Source: Eubacteriales bacterium (GTDB lineage Bacteria > Bacillota > Clostridia > Oscillospirales > CAG-272). Taken from it: DNA of 64,000 bases. Positions 16,672 to 25,909 of the stretch are shown piece after piece. Made by a program: the position numbers and the translations under genes. Each line of letters starts with the position of its first letter. The stretch's first letter is position 1. The DNA lies in the NCBI GenBank assembly GCA_045636385.1, contig JAZTXK010000044.1, positions 23,523 to 87,522 on the forward strand. The letters are read 5' to 3'. A model generated the notes under the pieces. The model searched no databases. It was not told the origin of the DNA and saw only the letters and a program-made list of their open reading frames with translations.

Positions 16672-17715
16672 ATGAAATTCGACAGAGAAAAATATTTATC
16701 TTATTGCTTTGACACAGTCAAGCGTCTTATGGACGTTCCCTCGCCGAGCGGATACTCGCGCGAGATCGCTTCGCTGCTCGCTGATATGGCGCAGGAGCAG
16801 GAGCTCGGCTTTGAGGCTACCAAGAAGAGCTGTTTTCTAATGACTTATGAGGGCAAGAGCCACGAAAGCTCGCTCGGAGTTGCCGCGCATTGCGATACTC
16901 TCGGCGCGATGGTTCGTTCGATCGACGGAAACGGTAATCTTAATTTCGCGCCCGTCGGCGGAGTTCTTTGTAACTCGCTTGACGGCGAATACTGCTTCGT
17001 TATCACCCGCGAGGGCAAGAGATACACGGGAACTATCATCTCCCGTTCCCCCTCGGTTCACGTTTATTCGGATGCGAGAAGCCGCGCGCGCGATGCGGAC
17101 AATATGTATGTCCGCCTCGACGAGAACGTAAAGAGTGCGGCTGACACTCGCGCGCTCGGCATTGAAAACGGCGACTACATATGCTTCGATCCCAAGACCG
17201 TCGTTACCGAAAGCGGATACCTCAAATCCCGCTTCATCGACGACAAGGCAAGCGTTGCTTGCATTCTCACCGCCTTCAAGATCATGAAGGACGCGGGCAT
17301 CGTTCCCGAAAAGGATATCAAATTCCTCATTTCGATGTATGAGGAGGTCGGTCACGGCGCGGCATTCGTTCCCGCGGGACTCGAATCGATGCTTGCCGTC
17401 GATATGGGATGCATCGGCAAGGATCTCAAGTGCGATGAGCACACCCTTTCGATCTGCGCCAAGGATGCGGGCGGCCCCTATGACTATGAATTGACTTCGA
17501 AGCTGATCGATATGGCAAAGGCGGCGGAGCTTAACTACTGCGTCGATCTCTACCCCTATTACGGCTCCGACGTCGGAGCTATGTGGCGCGCGGGTCACGA
17601 CGTTCCCGGTGCGCTGATCGGTCCCGGTGTTCACGCTTCCCACGGAATGGAGCGCACCCACGCCGACGCCCTCGTTGCAACGGTTGAACTCATTTTAATG
17701 TATTTGGGAGTATAA
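16672..17715 (+). CDS. M42 family metallopeptidase (aminopeptidase/cellulase-like)
   Basis: N-terminal SPSGYSREIA, then AHCDTLGAMVRSIDGNGNLNFAPVGG and the metal-site EEVGHGAA motif. Confidence 0.8.
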   Translation: MKFDREKYLSYCFDTVKRLMDVPSPSGYSREIASLLADMAQEQELGFEATKKSCFLMTYEGKSHESSLGVAAHCDTLGAMVRSIDGNGNLNFAPVGGVLCNSLDGEYCFVITREGKRYTGTIISRSPSVHVYSDARSRARDADNMYVRLDENVKSAADTRALGIENGDYICFDPKTVVTESGYLKSRFIDDKASVACILTAFKIMKDAGIVPEKDIKFLISMYEEVGHGAAFVPAGLESMLAVDMGCIGKDLKCDEHTLSICAKDAGGPYDYELTSKLIDMAKAAELNYCVDLYPYYGSDVGAMWRAGHDVPGALIGPGVHASHGMERTHADALVATVELILMYLGV

Positions 17716-17719
17716 AGCT

Positions 17720-18937
17720 ATGGAGAAGATCAAGGTTGGTATAATCGGTCTCGGTTGCCGAGGCAATACGATGGGAATGCTTGTTGCCGAGCACGAAAAC
17801 TGCGCGGTCACCGCTATTTGCGACGAATATCAGGACAGATGCGACGCGATGAAGGAAAAGGTCGCGCCACTCGGACACGATCCCAAAATCTTCTTGAACT
17901 ATGAGGAGCTTATCGCCTCGCCCGACGTTGAGATGGTCTTCGTCTTCTCGGCTTGGGAAAACCACGTCCCTGCGGCGGTCGCGGCTATGAGAGCCAAGAA
18001 GCCCGTTGCATTCGAGGTCGGCGGTGCTTACACCATCGACGAGTGCATCCAGCTTTGCGAGGCGCATCGCGAGACCGGCACTCCCGCGATGATGCTTGAA
18101 AACTGCTGTTACGGCAGAGTGGAGCAGACTCTTTACTCTATGAACGCTGACGGATTCTTCGGTGAGCTCGTTCAGCTTTGCGGCGGATATTGTCACGATC
18201 TTCGCGAGGAGATTTCGATGGGACTTGTGAACCGTCATTACCGCCACCGCAACTACCGCAGCCGCAACTGTGAAAACTACCCCACCCACGAGCTCGGCCC
18301 GCTCAACGTCCTGCTCGGCATCGGTCACGGCAACAAGTTCACAAGTCTTTCGTCTTTTTCGTCCAAAGCGGCGGGACTTGATACGTATATTAAAAATCGC
18401 CCCGACCGCGACCAGACCTACGCTGACGGCAAGTGGGCGCAGGGCGACATCATCACCACCATTCTTACCACCGAATTCGGACAGATTGTTCGTCTGACTC
18501 TTGATACAACTCTCCCTCGTCCCTATTCGCGCGGACTTGAGATCCACGGCACCAAGGGCTGGTTCTCGCAGGACAATATGTCGGTTTACAGCGACGCCGA
18601 TCACAAGGAAAGTGACCACTTCAAGTGGAAGAATTTCTGGGGTAACTATGAGGAATACGAAAAGAAATATATGCCCAAGCTCTGGCGCGACTACCTCGAT
18701 GCAGGTATCAAGAAGGGACACGGCGGAATGGACTTCCTCGTTATCGACTCCTTCATTCAGGCGGTCAGAGAAGGCGCACCTATGCCGATCGATATCTACG
18801 ACTCCGCAATTATGATGGCAATTACTCCTCTCTCCGAGCAGTCGATCAAGCAGGGCGGAGCACCCGTCGAGTTCCCCGACTTCACCAAGGGAATAGAGAA
18901 GAGAGCGGTTGCGGGAGGAAAGTACAAGCTGTTTTAA
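17720..18937 (+). CDS. Gfo/Idh/MocA family oxidoreductase (GH109-like architecture)
   Basis: Rossmann N-terminus KVGIIGLGCRGN with a long C-terminal alpha/beta domain. RBS GGGAG is present. Confidence 0.75.
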   Translation: MEKIKVGIIGLGCRGNTMGMLVAEHENCAVTAICDEYQDRCDAMKEKVAPLGHDPKIFLNYEELIASPDVEMVFVFSAWENHVPAAVAAMRAKKPVAFEVGGAYTIDECIQLCEAHRETGTPAMMLENCCYGRVEQTLYSMNADGFFGELVQLCGGYCHDLREEISMGLVNRHYRHRNYRSRNCENYPTHELGPLNVLLGIGHGNKFTSLSSFSSKAAGLDTYIKNRPDRDQTYADGKWAQGDIITTILTTEFGQIVRLTLDTTLPRPYSRGLEIHGTKGWFSQDNMSVYSDADHKESDHFKWKNFWGNYEEYEKKYMPKLWRDYLDAGIKKGHGGMDFLVIDSFIQAVREGAPMPIDIYDSAIMMAITPLSEQSIKQGGAPVEFPDFTKGIEKRAVAGGKYKLF

Positions 18938-19253
18938 GGGCAGAGGTAAGAGGGCAGAGGGCAGAGGGAAGGTGGATTTCCTCGCTTTGCTCGAAAATCA
19001 GCTATTGTGATAATTTAATTCGGCATTAATGAGCCTTTGCTTAGCGGTATAATTTAATGCCTAAATAAAAAATCTCGGATATTGAGAAGCGTTGCTTCAA
19101 AATATCCGAGAATTTTTATTTGAACATTTTAGATTTTCACCCAATTAAATATTGTTAGCACAGCACAAAATTATTGATGTAAGATTTTTGCTTGCAAAAA
19201 TCTACCTTACCTCTGCCCTCTGCCCTCTGCCCTCTGCCCTCTACCCTCTGCCT
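18938..19253. repeat. Heptamer-array terminal-inverted-repeat element, full copy, filling the entire gap between two convergent stop codons
   Basis: The left arm is GGGCAGA GGTAAGA GGGCAGA GGGCAGA GGGAAGG plus a hairpin. The right arm is the reverse complement of GGCAGA GGGTAGA GGGCAGA x4 GGTAAGG plus a hairpin. The AT-rich core of about 200 bp contains a GCTTCAAAA-hairpin module. Confidence 0.8.
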
Positions 19254-20747
19254 TCATTCAAGTCCTCCGCTTTTGACGTATTCCGCCAGCAGATCTCTCG
19301 CAAAGAGGTCATCCGCAAGCGAATCAACTACCGTCAGGCGGTTCGGTGCGTAAGATGAGGTGTAGGAATCGACTACTATATAATAGGTGGCGTTGTCGTC
19401 AATGCTGAAGCGCACGGACTGTCCGTAGTCGCCGTAATAAACGAAATAATTCGAGTTTGAGGTGTTGATGAACTTGGATTTCAGATCCTTTCCCTTGACC
19501 GTACAGAGGTCGAGGCGGTTGTCGAAGGGGAAGAGCGATTGCAGATCGGAATATTTGACCTCGCCCGAGGAAAGGGTGTACGGCGCGCGGACGGAAATAT
19601 ATCCGCCGCCGAGGACGATGTCGTATTTCTCGCCCCAAGCCTTGAAGCCCTCCTCAAAGTAGAGCCGCGCGACGAGAGAACGGAGCCAGTCGCTGTTTCT
19701 GTAGACCTCGTTACGTCCTAGCACCTCATCAGCCTTCGCAACCTCGTCGGCGTATTTTTTCATAAGTGAATCGACGAGGGCGTCGGAGGGATATTCCGAA
19801 TAAACGCGCGCCGATATGATCTCCGCGGTAGTGACGGTGCTGTCACCGGTCACAAAATTGATCACAGCCTCCGCGTGCGTGATTCCGTCATTGTCGCCGC
19901 CGCCCTGAAGATGGTAAACTCCGTTTGCATCGGGCTTGACGTAGCTTTTGTGCGTGTGACCTTCAAATACGAGGTCGATCTCCTCATCCGTAAGGCTGAC
20001 GTCTGCCGAGCCGTCGTGGATCGAGAGGATGACGAAGTCCGCGCCCTCTGCGCGAAGACGCTCGGATTCCTCGCGGATGAGGGATGTGAGCTCCGAGCCC
20101 GTTTTGAAATAAATATTTTCTACCTTATCGCCCGAAATTGATGAATAACAGTTTCCGATCGCGCCTATAATAGCAATGGTAGCGCCGCCGCATTCAACGG
20201 TGACCGAGGGCGTGCAGTAGGGAACGCGGGTGTCGGTCGCGCGATCGTATACGTTGATGGCGAGGAAGGGAAAGTCGGCGAGTGCGAGATTTTCCTCAAT
20301 AGCACTCTCACCCCAATCGAATTCGTGGTTGCCGATAGTCATCGAGACGAACCCGAGCGAGTTCATCCAATCGGTGATGATCCTGCCGCGTGTGAGATTT
20401 GATTCCGACGTGCCCTGCCACATATCGCCCGACGAGAGAAAAATCGCGTGATCGTCGCTCGAGCGAACGGTCTTGAGGTAGGATGTCAGCTCGTCGATGC
20501 CGGGCTGAGAATCGTTGTCGAGCAGCTTGCCGTGAAGGTCGTTGAGAGCATAAAGGTCGAGCGTGACCGTGACGGAGAATGCGCAAAGATCGCAAAAGCC
20601 GTTGGCATCAGCATCGGCGTGCGAGCAGTCGGGGGGCGGTGCTTCGGTGTTTTCAGCCGTAGACGTAACGTCGGGCAGAGCCTCGGTACAGCCGATGGAG
20701 AAGAGTATAAGTAGAGCCAGAGAGATGGCAAAAATTCGTTTTTTCAA
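19254..20747 (-). CDS. Lipoprotein, bifunctional metallophosphatase/5'-nucleotidase-like
   Basis: Motifs LNDLHG, GDMWQGT and GNHEFDWG are present, with a C-terminal 5'-nucleotidase-like domain. The start was set at the TTG preceded by GGAGGA, which yields the lipoprotein signal LKKRIFAISLALLILFSIGC. Confidence 0.75.
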   Translation of the reverse strand: MKKRIFAISLALLILFSIGCTEALPDVTSTAENTEAPPPDCSHADADANGFCDLCAFSVTVTLDLYALNDLHGKLLDNDSQPGIDELTSYLKTVRSSDDHAIFLSSGDMWQGTSESNLTRGRIITDWMNSLGFVSMTIGNHEFDWGESAIEENLALADFPFLAINVYDRATDTRVPYCTPSVTVECGGATIAIIGAIGNCYSSISGDKVENIYFKTGSELTSLIREESERLRAEGADFVILSIHDGSADVSLTDEEIDLVFEGHTHKSYVKPDANGVYHLQGGGDNDGITHAEAVINFVTGDSTVTTAEIISARVYSEYPSDALVDSLMKKYADEVAKADEVLGRNEVYRNSDWLRSLVARLYFEEGFKAWGEKYDIVLGGGYISVRAPYTLSSGEVKYSDLQSLFPFDNRLDLCTVKGKDLKSKFINTSNSNYFVYYGDYGQSVRFSIDDNATYYIVVDSYTSSYAPNRLTVVDSLADDLFARDLLAEYVKSGGLE

Positions 20748-20864
20748 GAGTGATCCTCCGAGCGTGAGATAAGTAATTATACCATAACGGGGTAAAAAAG
20801 TCAACAAAAACGAAAAACGTCGAAAGATTTATAGAGAAAAACGAAATAAAATTTCAAAAAGGTA

Positions 20865-20893
20865 TTGACATAAGAGATTTTGTATGTTATAAT
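20865..20893 (+). promoter_or_regulatory. Consensus sigma-A promoter for the tRNA pair
   Basis: Perfect TTGACA, a 17-nt spacer, then perfect TATAAT, about 28 nt upstream of tRNA-Leu. Confidence 0.7.
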
Positions 20894-20921
20894 ATATAAG
20901 CACTATGAGTGCACTGTTTTA

Positions 20922-21010
20922 GCCGGTGTGGCGGAACAGGCAGACGCCGCGGACTTAAAATCCGCTGATACGAGAGTATCGTACCGGTTCAAATCCGGTC
21001 ACCGGCACCA
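20922..21010 (+). tRNA. tRNA-Leu (anticodon TAA), class II with a long variable arm, CCA encoded
   Basis: Acceptor GCCGGTG/CACCGGC, anticodon loop CTTAAAA, variable arm TGATACGAGAGTATCGT, and T-arm ACCGGTTCAAATCCGGT. Confidence 0.9.
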
Positions 21011-21045
21011 TGCAGTGCCGAAGGAAGAACCGGCAAATTCAATAT

Positions 21046-21122
<77 letters not shown>

Positions 21123-21127
21123 AAAAT

Positions 21128-21161
21128 AAAAGGAATGACTTTGGTCATTCCTTTTATTTTT
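21128..21161 (+). terminator. Intrinsic terminator after the tRNA pair
   Basis: Hairpin aaaggaatgac-tttg-gtcattccttt followed by a T-run. Confidence 0.8.
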
Positions 21162-21271
21162 CGTCTTCCGAAACGACGCCGAACCTCCTTGTCATTCGCA
21201 AAGCGAATGACAATAATTTGCGCGCGGCCGCCAAATTGAATTATCAGCTCAAATAAAGCGCGCAAATGCGT

Positions 21272-21296
21272 GGTTACAAGTCCCCTCCCCGCAACC
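21272..21296 (+). pseudogene. Orphan 3' fragment of tRNA-fMet (T-loop/acceptor/CCA)
   Basis: GGTTACAAGTCCCCTCCCCGCAACCA versus the genuine GGTTCAAGTCCCCTCTCCGCAACCA at 21097-21122 (1 indel, 1 substitution). It is also followed by an AAAA-hairpin-TTTTT terminator-like structure (21297-21335). Confidence 0.7.
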
Positions 21297-21648
21297 AAAA
21301 AGAAAACGGAACGCATAGCGTTCCGTTTTCTTTTTGGTTGCGATCCAAGCCGCAGACTTGTCATATCATCCGCCTTACGGCGGATTCCATACACGCCTTT
21401 GGCGTGATTTGGATGCGAAAGTTGCAAGTTGTGCTTTTCCTCCCCGGCTCGAAAGCGGTCGGTGAGGGCATTTAACGGCAGTGTTTATTCATCCTCGGTG
21501 ACTGTTGCAGAGGCGTTGAGCGTTAGGGGGGCACTTTCTTGGATAAAGAGAAAAACAGAAGTTGATTTTCGCACTAATATTGCTTTACAAGTGCCGCATA
21601 ATAGAGCTTCTGCCAGTGGCTTTTGTTTTCGCAATTTTATATTTTCGG

Positions 21649-21677
21649 TTGAAAAGCATCGGTATTTATGCTATAAT
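21649..21677 (+). promoter_or_regulatory. Sigma-A-type promoter for the GH78 gene
   Basis: TTGAAA, a 17-nt spacer, then TATAAT. Confidence 0.55.
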
Positions 21678-21710
21678 TAATATAACGACATATAAAACGG
21701 GAGATGCTGT

Positions 21711-23921
21711 ATGGACAGATCTTATTTTTTCAAAAACGCGGCTTGGGTGGGGTTGGCTGACAGGACGCCGAAGACTTTTTCGGTTCTTCGCGGGCGCTTT
21801 GACGTTGATTCTTTCACAAAAGTCACCCTCAACGTTCTTGGACTTGGCTTTTTTAAGTGTTACATTAACGGTAAATGTATTAATCCCGATACCTTTTTGC
21901 CGCTTTCTTCTGATTTTGAGGCTTCCGCAGATCCTAAGGGCGAGGTGCTTGCGGGGCACAGGGTGTATGTTCCGAGCTTTGATATAACCCCCTTCACCGC
22001 CCCCGGTGAGAACGTCATCGCGATCCACTTCGGCGGCGGTTGGTATACGCACCGCTCGCGTGTTTTCGGGCTTCCGAAGGCGATCTATTGCATCGTTGCC
22101 GAGGGCGTCGATGGCGCGGAGAAGTGCTTCGTTTCGGACTCTTCCTGCCGTATTTCGGAAAGCTACGTTTCGGACTATGATTTCGTAAGATATGAAAATC
22201 ACGATTATTCCGCTTCGACCGAGCTGTTCGGCGCAGAGGTTGACGATAGCTCTTGGGCAAACGCGACGCTGACCGAGGATCTTGATACTGATTATTTATC
22301 GACCGATTGCCCCGCCGACAAGCTTATCTGCGAGCTGCCCGTGAAGGTTGTCGGAAAGAGCGAGCGGGTCGTCATCTACGATTGCGGCGAAAACACGACG
22401 GGCTATCCGTTGTTCGATCTGCACGCGAAGCCCGGCGAGACGGTTACGGTGCGCTTTGCGGAGGATCTGCTCGCGGAGGGAGGTCTTGACCCGAGACATA
22501 TCCACAACCAGAGCTTTAAGGTGGTGTCGGACGGCTCGGATCGCGCCGTTCAGCCCGATTTCACTTGGTTCTGCTTCCGCTATTTTGAGGTTGAGGGCGA
22601 CGCCGTGCCGAGGTGCGTGAAGGTGATCTATGCGGATGTGCCTCCGTCGTCGACCTTTGAGTGCGACAATGAAACGCTGAATTGGACATATAATACCTTT
22701 ATCCACACGATGCTTTGCAATATGCACACGGGTCACCCCTCAGATTGTCCGCATCTTGAACGCCGCGGATACACCGGCGACGGTCAGCTGACCTGTCACG
22801 CCGCGCTTTCCGTGCTCGATGCGAGAAGCTTTTACGAAAAATGGCTTTGCGATATCGGTGACTGTCAGGATACGCTGAGCGGTCATATTCAGTACACCGC
22901 GCCATATATCAGAAGCGGCGGAGGTCCGGGCGGTTGGGGCTGCGCTATCGTCGAGGTGCCGTATCAGCTATACAAGCATTACGGCGACGCGGACGTGCTT
23001 CGCAAATATTACGGCAATATGCGTCGCTATATCGACTATCTGGAGGATCATTCCGAGTTCGGACTTGTCACGAGCGACAAGGCGGGCGAATGGTGCCTTG
23101 GTGATTGGTGCGGTCCGAATATACTTTATCCCGACCGTGATATCACCTCCCATAATCAGCAGGTCATTATTCCCGCGCCGTTCGTTAACACCTACTTTAT
23201 GGTGAAATCGCTTGAAACGATGCGCGAGATCGCTATGATAATCGGCAAGGAGGGCGACATCGCGGAATACGATGAGAAGATCGCAACCCGAAAGAGGGCT
23301 ATTCAAGCCGCGTATTTCAATACCTTTGACGGTAATTTCGTTATGAACGTTCAGGGCGCAAATTCCTTTGCCGTGGATCTCGGTCTCGGAAATGCGACTA
23401 CTTATGCCAATATGGTATCCTACTATAAAAAGCTTGGGTATTTTGACACGGGAATCTTTGCGACCGACGTGCTTATCCGCACGATGTTTGAGCGTGGCGA
23501 CGCCGAGCTTGCGGTGGATATCCTCACAAACAATGGCTCTCAGGGCTACGAGCATTGGCGGCAGAACGGAGCAACTACCTTCCATGAATATTGGGACAGC
23601 AACCGAAGCCGCTCGCATTGCCATCCTATGTTCGGTGCGCCCGTGGCGTACTTCTTTGAATATCTTCTCGGTATAAAGCAGACGAAGGAGTCGGCGGGAT
23701 ATAAGGAAATGATCATCAGCCCCGTTGCGATCTCGAAATTCGGCAGAATGTCGGGAAGTATGCAAACTCCGAACGGCAAGGTCGCGGTCGCTTACGAAAG
23801 GGAAGAGGGCGGCGTGAGATTCATCATCACGATCCCGCGCGGTTCGTCGGCTATACTGCGCGTGTTTGGTAACGACTATGCGCTTGCCGAGGGCGAGCAA
23901 GAGATTTTGATCGCCGAGTGA
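21711..23921 (+). CDS. Alpha-L-rhamnosidase family (GH78) glycoside hydrolase
   Basis: 736 aa. The motif HPSDCPHLERRGYTGDGQ matches the GH78 (alpha/alpha)6 catalytic-domain signature DCPxRERxGWxGD. It has an N-terminal beta-sandwich and C-terminal beta domain. Confidence 0.8.
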   Translation: MDRSYFFKNAAWVGLADRTPKTFSVLRGRFDVDSFTKVTLNVLGLGFFKCYINGKCINPDTFLPLSSDFEASADPKGEVLAGHRVYVPSFDITPFTAPGENVIAIHFGGGWYTHRSRVFGLPKAIYCIVAEGVDGAEKCFVSDSSCRISESYVSDYDFVRYENHDYSASTELFGAEVDDSSWANATLTEDLDTDYLSTDCPADKLICELPVKVVGKSERVVIYDCGENTTGYPLFDLHAKPGETVTVRFAEDLLAEGGLDPRHIHNQSFKVVSDGSDRAVQPDFTWFCFRYFEVEGDAVPRCVKVIYADVPPSSTFECDNETLNWTYNTFIHTMLCNMHTGHPSDCPHLERRGYTGDGQLTCHAALSVLDARSFYEKWLCDIGDCQDTLSGHIQYTAPYIRSGGGPGGWGCAIVEVPYQLYKHYGDADVLRKYYGNMRRYIDYLEDHSEFGLVTSDKAGEWCLGDWCGPNILYPDRDITSHNQQVIIPAPFVNTYFMVKSLETMREIAMIIGKEGDIAEYDEKIATRKRAIQAAYFNTFDGNFVMNVQGANSFAVDLGLGNATTYANMVSYYKKLGYFDTGIFATDVLIRTMFERGDAELAVDILTNNGSQGYEHWRQNGATTFHEYWDSNRSRSHCHPMFGAPVAYFFEYLLGIKQTKESAGYKEMIISPVAISKFGRMSGSMQTPNGKVAVAYEREEGGVRFIITIPRGSSAILRVFGNDYALAEGEQEILIAE

Positions 23922-23929
23922 TAAATATC

Positions 23930-23958
23930 TTGACAATCGGCACTATCTGTTATATAAT
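23930..23958 (+). promoter_or_regulatory. Consensus sigma-A promoter for gldA
   Basis: TTGACA, a 17-nt spacer, then TATAAT. Confidence 0.6.
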
Positions 23959-23997
23959 TAACGTAGTAAATCTAAAAATCAATAAGGAGAAATCAAA

Positions 23998-25098
23998 ATG
24001 GCAAAAATTCTTATTTGCCCTAACAAATACGTTCAGGGCGCAGGCGAAATGGGCAAGATCGCCGATTACGCGCGAGTCTACGGCAAAAAGGCTCTCGTAG
24101 TTATCACTTCTTCCGGTTACAAGAGAATCGGAGCAACTCTCGAAGCAAGCTTCGGCGCGGGCGAGGTTGGCGTGGTTTACGACTACTTCAACGGCGAGTG
24201 CTCCTGGAACGAGATCAACAGACTTATCGAGGTTATGAAGACCAACGAATGCGATATGGTTATCGGTATCGGCGGCGGTAAGATCCTCGACACCTCCAAG
24301 GCTGTTGCGCACGCGTGCAAGACCCCCGTTATTATCTGCCCCACCATCGCATCTACCGATGCACCTTGCTCGGCTCTTTCTGTCGTTTACACCGACGAGG
24401 GCGTTTTTGAGGAGTATCATTGGCTTCCCGCTAACCCCAATATGGTTCTTATGGACACCTCCATTATCGCCGCTTCTCCCGCTCGTCTTACCGTTGCGGG
24501 TATCGGCGACGCTCTCGCTACCTACTATGAGGCAAGAGCGACAAAGGCGAAGGATGCAGGCACCTGCGCGGGCGGCAAGGTTACTTGCGCGGCTATGGCT
24601 CTTGCGGAGCTCTGCCTTAACACTCTGCTTGAAGAGGGCGTAAAGGCTAAGCTCGCTCTTGAATCCGGCGCTTGCACCGAGGCGGTTGAGAAGGTTATCG
24701 AGGCGAACACCCTCCTTTCGGGTATTGGCTTTGAGTCGGGTGGACTTGCAGCGGCTCACGCTATCCACAACGGTCTTACCGTTCTCCCCGAGTGCCATCA
24801 TATGTACCACGGCGAGAAGGTTGCTTTCGGCGTTCTCACCCAGCTTATGCTTGAAAACGTTCCCACCGAGGAGCTTGATGAGATCGTAAACTTCTGCATC
24901 GAGGTAGGACTTCCCGTGACCCTCGGCGAGCTCGGCGTTACCGAGGTTACCGACGAGAAGCTTCTCGCGGTTGCAAAGGCTGCAACCGCCCCGGGTGAAA
25001 CCATCCACAATATGCCCTTCGAGGTTACCGCGGAGAAGGTCGTTGCCGCAATGAAGGCAGCCGATGCTTACGGAAGATATCTTCTTTACGTTGTATAA
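23998..25098 (+). CDS. gldA: Glycerol dehydrogenase (iron-containing alcohol dehydrogenase family)
   Basis: 366 aa. Typical GldA motifs are present: GIGGGKILDTSKA, ASTDAPCS and HAIHNGLT. RBS AAGGAGA is present. Confidence 0.85.
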   Translation: MAKILICPNKYVQGAGEMGKIADYARVYGKKALVVITSSGYKRIGATLEASFGAGEVGVVYDYFNGECSWNEINRLIEVMKTNECDMVIGIGGGKILDTSKAVAHACKTPVIICPTIASTDAPCSALSVVYTDEGVFEEYHWLPANPNMVLMDTSIIAASPARLTVAGIGDALATYYEARATKAKDAGTCAGGKVTCAAMALAELCLNTLLEEGVKAKLALESGACTEAVEKVIEANTLLSGIGFESGGLAAAHAIHNGLTVLPECHHMYHGEKVAFGVLTQLMLENVPTEELDEIVNFCIEVGLPVTLGELGVTEVTDEKLLAVAKAATAPGETIHNMPFEVTAEKVVAAMKAADAYGRYLLYVV

Positions 25099-25112
25099 TT
25101 TATATTGATAAA

Positions 25113-25146
25113 ACAAGGAGCGACTGCGTGTCACTCCTTGTTTTTG
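25113..25146 (+). terminator. Intrinsic terminator after gldA
   Basis: Hairpin caaggagcgac/gtcactccttg followed by TTTTT. Confidence 0.7.
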
Positions 25147-25158
25147 CTTCTAAAAGCA

Positions 25159-25187
25159 TTGACTATGGAGCAAAATTGTGGTATAAT
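25159..25187 (+). promoter_or_regulatory. Sigma-A-type promoter (extended -10) for the 25214..32150 gene string
   Basis: TTGACT, a 17-nt spacer ending in TGG, then TATAAT. Confidence 0.55.
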
Positions 25188-25213
25188 CATACCGTAAAGT
25201 GAGGTAAACCGAT

Positions 25214-25909
25214 ATGAATGACTACAAATATAAATACGAAATGCACGTCCACACCTGCCCTTGCAGCGGCGGCGGTAACGACATCCGCGAGCATATTGAC
25301 GATCTGATCGCGAAGGGGTACACCGGAATGGTGGTGACCAACCATTTTTACGCGGGCGATAACCGAATCGACAGAAAATTACCGTGGGAGGAGTTCGTTG
25401 ACGCATACCGTCAGGATTATCTCTACGGTCTTGAATACGCTCAAACGGTTGATTTCGACCTGCTTTTCGGACTTGAGGAGAACGTCGGATACGGACGGGA
25501 GATACTTCTTTACGGAATCACTCCCGAGCTTATAGAGTCGCACCCCGAGCTTAAGAGGGCGTCGGCGGAAAAATATGCCGAGGTCGTTCACGCGGCGGGA
25601 GGTCTTGTCTATCAGGCGCACCCGTACCGCGCCAGAGATTATATCAGAAACCCCTTCCCACTCGAATGTCTTGATCTGCTTGACGGAATTGAGGTATACA
25701 ACGCGGGCAACGAGCCCGAATGGAACGAGAGCGCGCGGATCTTTGCCGAGGAAAAGGGACTTGCCTGCATCGCGGGCTCGGACGGACACGAGATCGGCAC
25801 GGCGGGTCGCGCGGGAATTGCGACGAGGGAGCGCATCAAAAGCAACGATGACATCGTCCGCGTGCTGAAAAATAAGGAATACGAAATCTTCATAAACGGA
25901 GCAGAATAA
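25214..25909 (+). CDS. PHP (polymerase/histidinol phosphatase) domain metal-dependent phosphoesterase
   Basis: N-terminal YEMHVHTCPCS...GYTGMVVTNHF and C-terminal GSDGHE motifs. Confidence 0.65.
   Translation: MNDYKYKYEMHVHTCPCSGGGNDIREHIDDLIAKGYTGMVVTNHFYAGDNRIDRKLPWEEFVDAYRQDYLYGLEYAQTVDFDLLFGLEENVGYGREILLYGITPELIESHPELKRASAEKYAEVVHAAGGLVYQAHPYRARDYIRNPFPLECLDLLDGIEVYNAGNEPEWNESARIFAEEKGLACIAGSDGHEIGTAGRAGIATRERIKSNDDIVRVLKNKEYEIFINGAE

Noticed and set aside
21123-21710. An integrated prophage or genomic island at the initiator tRNA.
   Set aside because: Only about 150 bp separates the tRNA from its duplicated 3' fragment. There is no integrase, excisionase or cargo gene. At most this is a scar.
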